DNA from: a virus
DNA: 64,000 bases
IMG/VR virus record: IMGVR_UViG_3300029101_000001
Reading direction: 5' to 3' (one strand)
A program made the translations under genes and the position numbers. Of this stretch, positions 1 to 11,449 are shown piece after piece. The notes under the pieces were generated by a model that saw only the letters and a list, made by a program, of their open reading frames with translations, was not told the DNA's origin and ran no database searches. Position 1 is the first letter of the stretch; each line of letters begins with the position of its first letter.

Positions 1-126
1 TATATCCTATCCCTCTGTCTTCTCTATTTTTCGGCTTATGAAATCCTCAACCTCCATTCCAGAATGTCCATCCCATTCTGTTGCTAAATCTGTAATCTGA
101 TTAGGTAAATTTTCAAATTTTGCCAT
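1..126 (-). CDS. hypothetical protein, 5' part (ATG at 124-126, gene runs off the window start); in-frame TAG present
   Basis: Minus-strand translation MAKFENLPNQITDLATEWDGHSGMEVEDFISRKIEKTEGQ(TAG)... read by eye. Confidence 0.35.
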
Positions 127-354
127 TTTTTACAAATCAATTATTTTTCCATGAATCATCTTTTAACCAAGGTCTGTCTTGTAGCCAAGTTCCGCTACCA
201 AAACAGCTTCTAACAGCATCGTATACGGTAAGCCAGACTAACTACGACCCTTTATATATAGCTCCAATGTTCTTTTGTACTCTTTGCTAAACTTGTTCTA
301 CAAGTTCTAGAATATCTTTTTGGACCTGTAATATTAACTTACCATTTCTATATA

Positions 355-708
355 TCATATTTTAGCAAAATCTTCTTTGACTTTAGCTTTTATCTATTTT
401 AATATGTTAAGATATTCTTTATATTCGTTAATAACTTCAGAGTCAGAAATAAGATTTTCTGAATAACTATTATATGAATTGATTAAATCAAATTCTTCAT
501 CAACCGTAAGGAATCTTCTAACTATAGCTTTTACACAATCTTTATAATTAGGCTATCCGTTTATTAATACCTATATAAAACTATAGTAAGTTTTTTCTTT
601 TACGGTATTATCTAAATCAGATACTTTAACACTAATTTCTTTTATATCATAGTTATAGTAATAAGTACCGTTCCCAAGTTTTTGGATTGTCTAAGGATAA
701 ACGTCCAT
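355..708 (-). CDS. hypothetical acidic protein, 117 codons with 4 in-frame TAG codons; overlaps the RT 3' end by 56 nt
   Basis: Codon-by-codon minus-strand read, ATG at 706-708, TGA at 355-357. TAGs at 691, 571, 553 and 394. Frame differs from the RT frame. Confidence 0.4.
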
Positions 709-1927
709 TTGTATTCTATTCGGCTCTAACATAAGGTGTTATTTTAAAATTTATAGGAAATTTGTATCTAAGCAAAGAATAGTGTAATCTCCTATTCTTA
801 CTTTTAAAATAGTAGGGTTTATTGTTATACATGAAATGCACTCGAAAATGATTGTCATAATCAACAACCTCTACAATGTGAATATATTTATTATAAAACT
901 TAGATATGTTAACTTCTTTTCCATTCCAGTTAGAGAATTTCAATCCAGTTAACTCCTCTACCTTTCTCAGCAAGTTCTTAGAGTTGCAAAATTTCATCCA
1001 TCCAAAATAAGACCTCATTCTTCTATTCAATTCATCTTTATCAATCTTATTCTATTTATATAGATTTATAAGCCTAAACATCCTCATTTTTATAGATTTT
1101 CTCAGTAGAACATGAGTATGATAGAATTTATAGCCTACGAAATCAATACCTCTGCTTTCTACAGGGAATATTTGATAATTAGGCTTCAACTCTAGGTTAA
1201 GAACCTGTTTCAAATATAGTTTTATAGATACTAATACATTTCTCAAATAATTCTTGTCATTACCAAGAATCACAATATCGTCAGCATATCGAAAGTAGTA
1301 CTTACATTTTAACTCCTCTTTTACCCAGTGGTCAAAATATGTCAGATATAAATTTGCAAAGAATTGTGATAGATAATTTCCAATAGGAACTCCCTTCGCT
1401 GAATAAATTATTTCTTTCAACAGTTTTAATAGTTTTTTATCCTTTATCTTTCTCTATAACATTTCGTATAAAATGTCGTGAGTTATAGAAGGATAGAATT
1501 TTTTTATATCCATTTTCAAGCAATACTTTGTTTCTTCTGGATGTTTCTATAACACCTTAAACAAATCATACTCTACTTTATGAATACCTCTATTTCGTAT
1601 AGAGGAATATGTTTGGTCTATAAATATACTAGTCCAAATAGGCTCCATAATATTCATTATAGCATGGTGAGTTATTCTATCTGGATAGTATGGAAGTCTA
1701 AAGATTAATCTTTCTTTAGGTTCGTATATTATAAAGGTACTATATTCAGAGGTTTGATAAATCAAATCCCTTAACTTATCGGATAATTCCTTATTTTCTT
1801 TTAATCTATTCTTATCATGCTGCTTGATTCCACATCTAATAGACTTATTTCTTCTAGCTTTATCGTCAGCTAGTTCGATGTTATCTTCAGCGTATACTTT
1901 CTCGTGCAAATATCCTACACGTTTCAA
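653..1927 (-). CDS. DGR reverse transcriptase; gene contains at least 3 in-frame TAG codons read as sense
   Basis: Track ORFs 1547-1927, 1052-1420 and 716-1030 are all in one frame (coordinate mod 3 = 2). Each ends at CTA on plus strand (TAG on minus strand) and the frame continues to TAA at 653-655. Motifs RLIFRLPYYPDRITHHAIMNIMEP (RT fingers), GVPIGNYLSQFFANLYL (DGR-type IGxxxSQ signature), YADD catalytic motif. Cognate TR lies about 140 nt upstream. Confidence 0.8.
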
Positions 1928-2070
1928 TTTTTTATATATTTCATCGGAAGCGTTCGAGAATTAACCTACTAACACCCTTCATTCAACACTACGTTATCTT
2001 TTGCCTAGAGGCAAGGATATTACTTAGCAAACTAAAAAAAAATAATAAAATGTTTCTAAATATATAATAA

Positions 2071-2163
2071 CTCGACATTGGAATTGGCATTGCTGACGTC
2101 ATTGTTAGAATTGAAATAGCTGAGACCTGCATTGCTGCCATTATTCGCGTTGCTGCCTACTAG
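2071..2163 (-). repeat. DGR template repeat (TR), non-coding, adenine-rich at the variable positions
   Basis: Minus-strand sequence ctagtaggcagcaacgcgaataatggcagcaatgcaggtctcagctatttcaattctaacaatgacgtcagcaatgccaattccaatgtcgag. About 72% identical to VR1 and VR2. All mismatches sit at TR adenines, apart from one edge position in VR1. Confidence 0.85.
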
Positions 2164-2215
2164 CAGTACTTTTTTTGCCAATCAACGGTTTTTAGAAGTA
2201 ATATCCTACGATTTA

Positions 2216-4063
2216 TCATCTAAATCGATTTTTATATTGTATATCTTAAGATACTCTATTCAGAGTCCTGAACCCGACACCGGAACCGGCAACGCCGACG
2301 CCACCGTTAGAAAAGAAACAGCCGAGACCCGCATCGCCGCCATAATCCGCGCAGCTGCCCACCCGCAGCGTGCGAAGCGCTGTGCTGCTTGCGTTGCAGT
2401 AATGGTAATCGCAAATATAAGTAGTAGCACTTCCTCCAACAGCGGATGGAATTATTTCAGCGGTTTCACCTAAGTCAAATGCCTTAATATAACCATCAGA
2501 TGCTACTTCGTATCCTGCAACGGTTTTCTCTCCAACTACGTCGGTAAATTCCGATACGTTAGTAGTTGTATAGACAGTGCTAATCTCATTAGCAGCTGCT
2601 CTCACTATAACTACTCCGTCCAGGTTAGTCCAAATGTCTCCAAACGGATTATCGAACCCTCTCCAGCGAGGTACTTTAAATGTATGAGTTGCTACTGTAT
2701 TTGTGCCATCTTGAGCTGTACATTCTGGAATAACTAAATCTTTTACTCCAGTGAAGTTACCAAATTCATTGCAGTAACCACAAGGCGTAAGTGGATATGT
2801 TGCATTATATCCTGACCAACTTGTAGCTGCGTTAGCCCAATCTGTAACTCCAGGTCCCAAACCCCCTTGATGATATCCATCCGCAGTTAACTCTGCATTA
2901 TATGCAGCCTAAGAATTAAAATTAGCATATTCAATGACATAATTCCAGTAGAATATCCATTTGTAATATTCATAGCATAGCAATTCTGAACCAGCATTTG
3001 TTGCATATGTTCTCATAGTAGCTCTAGAAATATTAGTTCTAGGCTTTCCTAAATCACTTCTGAATATATCCTTAGTTTCTAATTCTGTAGTTAGATAATC
3101 ATCGTAGTTAGCTCTATTTCCTCCACCTCTAAATGCAGTAGTAGTATTAACTACTGATACAGCTTTTGGAGTTGCGGAGACTGTGGTATCAACTGTACTT
3201 CTGTATGCATCTATTAATAGTTCAGGAATTTCTACCCATGAATCATCAATTTTGACAGTAGAAGTTCTAACCCATCTTTTGTTTCCATCGCTGCCAGATT
3301 TTCCATAAAATTTAGGAGTATTAACTCTTACTGTTCCATCAGTTCCATCTAAGACAGATGGAGTTTCGCCGTCTTCTTTATAAGACCAGTCATCTGGAAA
3401 CAGATAGTAATTTACTACATCATTGTTTGCTACACAACCTCTATACGCTGACTGAATAGGAAGAGATTTATGCAACAAAGGATTACCTATTCTAGTAAGT
3501 TCCGGAGATGCTACTGTAACATCCCATTCTACTCCATAGGAATATAAATCCATATTACTATTTAGCTCAGTAACCTACTTATCAAGCTTTTGTTGTGCCT
3601 TCTACAATTCTTCCCAAGCCTCATTTAGCGCTGTAAATTGCTCTTCTAGCTTAGAACTTGAATCTGCCCATTCAGCAGTACCATCTGCTGAGAAAACTAG
3701 CATCTATCCAGACGCTCCTCCAGATGGAATATGTTTATTTCCAGAAGTAGTTGGGTGTACATAATTATTAGCATTATTAGCTATAGTACTTAACTTTTCC
3801 TTCTCAGTTTCAGTATAATTGGCTTCAGAAAGTCCCTTTCCTAACTCCTTATCTACTTTGCCTTCAAGCTCACCCTTAGTAGCTAATTCACTAATATCCT
3901 AATGCTCAGTTAAATATCCACTATCATTCTGTAACTAAGAAATTTTAGTTGGAATTGCATTAGCCTTGGCATATGTCGTATCTATAACATTTCCAGCACC
4001 ATCGTAAGTAGCTTTTAAATCATATGTGGTTTCCCCAACCTTTATAGATTTGATTGCTGCCAT
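2216..4063 (-). CDS. DGR target protein 1, tail-fibre / receptor-binding-like, about 615 codons with several in-frame TAG codons; VR near C-terminus
   Basis: ATG at 4061-4063 sits directly after an in-frame TAA at 4073-4075. Continuous reading frame verified through TAGs at 3899, 3935, 3704, 3602, 3575, 2909 and 2246, ending at TGA 2216-2218. Track ORFs 2909-3553 and 2246-2860 are in the same frame. Confidence 0.7.
2273..2367 (-). repeat. DGR variable repeat VR1 (3' end of target gene 1)
   Basis: Hand alignment to TR: 26 differences at TR adenines (mostly A to G or T) and 1 non-A mismatch near the 5' edge. GC-rich island in AT-rich DNA. Confidence 0.85.
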
Positions 4064-7000
4064 ATCATTGTATTATTAAAGTTTCATCAACTACATCGTG
4101 ATCTATTCCCTCTATGGAAGCAGTTAGGTCCTCAACAGCCTTCTACAATTCTGCTTTAGTAGCATAGTTCTTGAGAACTTCCTAGTCTACTCCAGAGCCT
4201 CCTCCTATACTTCCTCCAACAACTTTTACTGGTTTGGCAGAACTCTTAAACTGTCCTTCAATATAAATTGTTCCCATATTGTTTAAAATATTAATTGTTC
4301 ATTTTCTCCATCTACCTCTACACTAGAACCTGGCTATAAAGCGTCTATCTTTTTCTACAATTCGGCTACGGCCTAGCTAATTAGTTCTTCTACCTCAGCT
4401 TTGGTGTAGTATCTCTCTATAAGATATTCGCTTCTAACATATCCAGTATCTTGTAAATCTTTTTCTCCATAGGTGCAATAATAAGTATCTTCTTCAGTCT
4501 TACTATTCTCAACTAGGTCATCATAATCAGCTTGTGGTAAGCATACAAGTTTTGGTACTTCTTCAGTAATAGCAACTTGCTTACCTCCAGCAAATAGCCT
4601 GTTATCTTCTGTGGTAAGTTTAACAGAACTCTCAATAACTTGCTCAGTTCCTGTTTCCTCAGAAGGTTCTCCAGTTGTTCCCTATTGTACTTCTTTTTCT
4701 CCAATTTTCTAAATAGTAATATCAGAAGTTTCTACTGATGTAGATTTCAAAAGCTCAGTGCTAAATTCTTTAGCAGCAGCAGCCTAATCATCCTGATATT
4801 TTTTCTAGGTAACAAATATGAAATCATCATCTCCGGTTTCAGGAGAGTCTCCCCTTAAACTTTCTTTTGTTACGTAATCTTCGGCTATCTAATCTGATAA
4901 ATCAGATAATGACTATTGAGTAGCATAAGTAGACTGAGCATTTTCCTTAGTAAGAAATTTGTCATCAACCTGCTAAATAGTATAATAAGCCTTAATATCT
5001 TCTGTAGTAACGTAGTTTCCAAGTTTTTGCAAACCTTGAACTATTTCATCAATCTACTTCTTGGAGTAATAATTTGTAGCAACCCAGGACTGATATTGAT
5101 TAGTAGTATGATAATTCTAATCCAAATATTCCTTAGTAATATAAACCTTTGCATCATTTGTGACGTCATATACATAGTAATATGTATCAGGCTCTACCGT
5201 CCCTTCCTCTACTAACTTTAGATACTCTTCTTCAGTTAATGTTACTAAGTTCGGAATATCAGATTCAGTAGCAATCTAATCTTCACCTATAAATAATCCT
5301 TCAGACCTAACGTCTACTACTAGCTAGCTCTCTCCCTCTACTACAGGAGATTTTATCTATCCAACAGTGATGCTTTCTAAGGAACCATCTCCATCTACCT
5401 TAAGAGTTTTATCTAACTCGTCTTGGATGGCCTACTAATCTTCCTCATATTCTTTCTTTGTAACGAAGACAAAATCATCTCCTTCCATTCCCTCTCCTCT
5501 AAGGCTTTCTTTAGTAACGAAAATATCGTCTGTTTCTTCCTTAGTATAATACTTAGTCAGGGATAGAGCTAAAGAATCATTAGAGACATAATTAGTAGTT
5601 AATTCTTCCAGTGTAGCATAATCTGATAGGCTGGCAATAGTGTTATCTAAGTCTGTTCTAATCTATACTACAGTAGTATTAAGGGCCTTCTGTTTTAATT
5701 GCTCTTCTATCTTTTTTCCCCATTCTGCGGATAGGTAAAACTAGTCATCGTCTAAGCTATCCTCATATATATAATAATATGTCTCAGCATGAAGATACGT
5801 TTTACTTTCATCTATGGGCCTAAAATCGTCTGTAGTATTCTCAGACCATTCTTTATATTCAGCCTCTGTACAGGTGATTATCTAGATAGATTCATAGGAT
5901 GCTTTCCATCCTTCCTTGTATTTAATCTTAGACTTATCAATCAGCATATAAATATTTCCGTTATCTATGTTAGCAACGGTCATACCTTGATAAGCATACT
6001 TCTCTGGAATAGAATAAAGTTCGTCTAAGTTATTAACGACTGTTCTATTATCGAGAGGCTTCGGAGTTTCTACGGTTAAAGCGACACCTAAGGTAGCATC
6101 ACCTGTATATTTAAATGCCATTATTGTGATAGAATAAAGTTAATTTGATGTGGCAATGCTGAGGAGTAAGTATCTTTCTTAGTCCATACCTTGTAAGTAA
6201 ATCCATTTATCTACTCGGTAGACGTTTCCCAACCACTTAGGTCTACATTTAAATATCCAAGTCCTCCATCTACGGTAAATGAATTTAACTATGTGTTACT
6301 TCCTGGCAATTTTATAATAGCCTTACCACTTAGTGAAAATGTGATAGTTCCAGACGATTGTCCAAAAGGAACTAGCGCCTATTTAATCACACTATCAGTA
6401 TTACCAGAATACCAAGGATATGTGGCTACTACCTAAGCGGTAGCGGAAATAGAACCAGCTTCTACTCTCTTATCTGTAACTTCTCCTTTATTGTTTATCA
6501 AATATTCTCCAGCGGCATAACTCACTGTACCAGAGTGAGTATAAGTACCAATAGAATTATATGTATCAGACTCTACAGGAGAACTGTTATAAGTAATAGT
6601 TTCTTGTCTGTCAGTTTCTTCTCCAGCATCATTCTTTATAAATGTAAGTGTAGGAGTTAATAAAGCAGTTCCTACTTCTACTATTTGAGAAGTAAAACTA
6701 TAATAAAGCTATGGGTATACTAAATCTCTAACTACTGTTGGAAATAGTAAAGTATCAATAATCTCATTAAAGGGCTTGCCCTTAAGTTTCTCTACTGTAG
6801 TCCCTTCAATTACTGTTGAAGTAGTATCATCTGGGAGTTCTGTCTAATAAGTAGCTATAGTTTCTAAGTTAGTTTGTATATTAGTAATACTTTCAGTATT
6901 AGCTTCTACTTTAGTATTTGTCTCTTGTTGTGCTTCCTAAGTTTTCTATACTTCTTTCTTTGTTTCTTCTAGAGCAGGTTCAAGATTCTTAACATAGATA

Positions 7001-10000
7001 CCTGGAAGGATAATAGAAGAGGTTTCCTCTCCAATCTCCTATTCTATTAAATGAATAGCATTATCTTCCTAAGTAGATAAAATCACCTCTAAAGAATTAT
7101 CTTCCTTTAGTTCTATAGTTTTGGAATTTTGGAGACTATTCTTAATCCAATTAAGAATGTTTTTATCAACATCTATATTCTCAATAGCATTATTCAACTC
7201 AACTATAGCTTCATTGATTTTTACTATTTCTTCAGATAGATTATTAATCCCTTTTCTATTAGTATCAATTTCTCGTTGTAAATCCTCCTTCAATACAGAT
7301 ATAGAAGTTCTAATATTGCTTATATCGACTTTCAGTTCTTCTATTGCTTCTGTATTAGATTCATATTCACTAATAAAGTATAGGGCATAGTCTAGGGCAT
7401 CCTTCACAGTATTAATACCTTCTGCAACGTCACTAGTATAGGTCCATTTTTGTTCTATATACTATACTAGGTCTTTTTGCAGTTCTATGGTTCCACTAAT
7501 GTTTCCCCACAATAGACTCTACTCATCAGCAATACCTAAGTTCTTTCTTACTTTAGCTTTTTCTAGTTCTGTCCTATATTCTCCTAAATAGTTATTTCTT
7601 AAGAGAGGTATAGGCTCACATTTTATAGGCTTACCCTTTTTACCACAAGGCACTATATCTGCATTACTTACCGAAGTGTAAATAGACTGTATCATTCTAG
7701 TTTAATAATTGCTATTTAATAAATTCGTGATTATCTAGTCTTACAGGTAGGTTAATAAAACAAATTAGATTAAGAATATCTTGATAATCTGGTTTATATC
7801 CCTTTTTGAGTTTTCTTAGAAAATCCTCATACCTTTTAATAGCCTTTCTCTTAAGAGCATCCACAACCTATACGTTTATGTCCATGGTGGTGATTATCAC
7901 AGAATCCTCCACAGGTACGGAACATCGCTAGTAATCTCTCAGCCTCCATGAATTGTTTAAAGCATATTAAATAATCTATAATGTTAAGAGTCATCCATAT
8001 GAAATCTCGAGCAAATATATCTGCTTCCTAATCTCTAGTTAGACACTTATTTAGTAAAGCATCAAAGAGTTTCTTACAATAATTAATGTAGCACTACTAC
8101 AAGTTTCCTGTAAAGAAAACATCTACCTTACATTTTTTTATAGTAGTTCCTTCTATATTTCGTTCAAGAACTTCTTTAACTGTACACTCTTCTAGCTTAC
8201 CTTCTACTTCTTTATATAATTTTTCTCCATCAGTAACATAGATAGTCTCATAGTATTCCTTGTATTCGTCCGATGAATTTTCATACCATTTCATATTAGG
8301 AATAATGATATGGTCTACTACGTAATAACCATCATCCTTGACCTTAAACATACACGAGTCCAAGTCTTCTGTATGGTCATTAAGTAGGACATCTATCAGA
8401 GTAGCATCGCTTATACTAACTTTGATGATAGTATTCAAGGTAGCACTCTCACTATACTTATAGGAGTCGTAAGAAGTTACTACCTCTACATCTTCATCAA
8501 TATACTAGCCATATTCTTTTGAGAAATCTTCTATCAGTATTTCCCCATTAATTTGGGTATGTATATCAATACTAAATTCCATATTGTAATAATTAAGACT
8601 CAATAGGCCACTAACCATATTGAGCAGGGGTAGAAAAAGGTTTCCATTTACCTGCTTGTCTTATTCGTCTAGACATGAAGACGGAAGTAAATGATAAACT
8701 AATATCTTGAGGATAATCTGTCCAGATATAAGAATATCCATCTGGGGTAGGAGGTAGTTTATCTAGTCCAGAAGAAGGCTGACCATTCCAATAGTAGTTA
8801 TAGTCATATGCCTTTAGAGAAGTAACTTCTGTAGTTTCTTTCCCTTCAGCATCTATATACAGCGGATTTCCGTCCTCATCTGTTTTCTATTTATATTCTA
8901 TAACTGGTGTTATTCCCTCGGTTCTAGTATATATAGTCTATATAATAGTAGAGACATCACTCGCTACTATTTCATAGATAGTAGTTCCCTATGATTCATC
9001 AGCTCCCTAAAAAGTAAATTTAGTTCTTTTCCATATATATGGATTCTCTTCTGTTGGAAGCTCAAAAGTATCAGACCACTACTTACTTGATAGTTTTATT
9101 TCAGATTCATCGGCAGTATTAGCAGGGAGATAATGTATTTTAATAATAATACTATTAACTGCCTCACTTGAACCAGATAAATCTGATACCTACTTAAATA
9201 ATTTTTTTAAGTCGTCTTCTACATTTGATTTAGAACCGGAAGCATTACTTATAATTACTGTCCCATCAGAGATAGGATAAATCTACTGCTAATCTTTGTT
9301 GTATACAATTGTTCCAGTTGCCATATTAATGTATTTGTCTTATTTTGTCATTATATGGATTTCCATCATGAAGCTAAGCCAACTCTATTTCAGTTCTTTT
9401 TTCTTCAATATCCATTTGTCTATCTTTATAAGTAGAATCAGACTGAGCTTTAAGCCAGTTAACTTTATATTCTAACTGCATCTTCTACTATTCTAATCCT
9501 AGTCTCTATTCATCTAAGCTTTCAATCTTTTGCTGAGCTTTCTATAATTCTTGCTATAACTACTGAGCCTATTGAGAAGTTTCTTCTAATTTTTCTTGTA
9601 GTTGCTGAAGCTGATTATTTTCCTCTTTGCGAACTTGAACAGCTTTCTTAACCTTATATTTAAGGTCTGTCAGACTCTTAGATGTAAGAGCCTCAAAAAT
9701 AATATCTGGGTCCATCTGTTGACTTTTTACGAACTCTGGAATGATTGCTTTTATAGTCTATAGATCTTCCATCACTTCTGAACTAGCAGTAATATGAATA
9801 TCGTAGTCAGTAACAGTAAAATACTCAGGAAGTGCGGTGAATATCTGTTGATATTTATCCCCAAGTATAATAGTTCCAGTTAATCCTTTCTTATAAGTAA
9901 CTTTAGCCTAATTAAGACTATCTAGTAGTATCTCGCAGGTTATTAAATCCATCTGCTAAAAATAGTGCTTAGTTACTATATACGAGTTAGCTACTCCCTA

Positions 10001-11449
10001 CTTAATATTAGTAACTGCATCTCTAGTTTCTATACCGTTAAGTCGTTCCCTAAATACTCCAGTTATTGATGATGTAGTTTGTTCTACTGATTGAATAGCT
10101 AATTCAATAGCCTATACAGCCTATGCTTTTAAGGTATCATCAAATCCGTTATATATCTAGTTTGGAGCTTGCTGTCCATCATTCCTACCTTCTTGGCTTG
10201 AGTCTATCCACATGATACCACCTTTTTTATAGGCTAACCATTTTTGTACTCGTTCTGGCCATTTAACTCCTAAGTTGGTAGGCAACAGAGACATATCCAT
10301 AATAACTCCGGCAGTACCACTATTAGCTATTAGATTATCTCTATAATAGTTTAATAAGTCGTATCTATCCTACAGATGTGCACATTTTAATATAAGAGAA
10401 TAAGGCTACTAAGAGCGATTTAAGAAATATACTCCATTTACCGATAAAGAACAGAAGTTGGGATTATCTTTAGATCTCATAACAGTCTTGTCTAATCCTC
10501 TAAGAATATATATCTCTTCTCCTATTCTAATAGTATTGTATCTCTACATCACAAAATCATCATCTGTTTCAATCCATTCAACATCATAGACTGGGATTAA
10601 CTAGAACCTATGAGCACTATATTCATTGTCTGGATAGCCGGGAATGGTTTCATGATTCTAATCTTCATTTACTACTGTACAAGTATCTCCATATACTCTT
10701 CTATAAACAGCAGCTGAATCATCAGCTCGCCATTCATCTTTTAGTCTTCTTAAATCTTCTCTAGATATTTCTTTGCCATATTTAGCTAAAATCTAACTCT
10801 TACTCATCCACTTTCTTACTACAACTCTATATGAGTTCCTTACATATGGAGATTCTGGATTTCTATCAACAAATGTATTAAGTGGGTTTAATACCTCTAT
10901 TTCAATATTAGTTCCAGAAGCCGATGATTTCACTCTAAAGAATGTATAACCAGTAATTAATAAGTCTGTTAGTAACTAACGTAACTTAGTAATTAAATCG
11001 GTTTCTCTGGATTGCATAATATAATGTAATATATTCTAAGCTGCAATTTCATATTGAGAAATAAAGGATTGGTCAATATCCTATATAATTTTATCTAACT
11101 AAGTCTTTACAGCTTTATCAGTAATATCCTTGCCATCAATAAACTTAAGAATTGAATTACTTAAATGGTCTTTCAAAAACTTTACTATTCCCTTGGTTAT
11201 TTCTAGCTATTTTTCTCTTGTTATATTACTGATAGTATCTGAATCTTTGCAAGAAATTTTCGGAAGTATAGGAGTTCCTAAATATTCTCCAACTAGGGCA
11301 TCTACGTGTTTCTTTAATAAAGGCGTAAACTCTACCGAAGTGGGGCTACCTATTCCGAAGTTTTCTTCCAGATAACGGAACTATTCAGGATCTCTTTTAC
11401 CATTATAATAATTATAAGCTTTCTGTAACTCATACTTATCATATACAAG

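Noticed and set aside
716-1927. RT with YADD motif initially looked like a group II intron maturase/IEP.
   Set aside because: The motif-4 region is IGNYLSQ (DGR-type SQ signature, not group II QG), and a matching TR/VR system with adenine-specific differences lies immediately upstream. No intron RNA domains were recognisable.
2132-2473. Plus-strand ORF (113 aa) overlapping the TR and VR1.
   Set aside because: It is antisense to the verified target gene and RT operon. Its product is low-complexity and derived from the GC-rich repeat, so it is most likely spurious.
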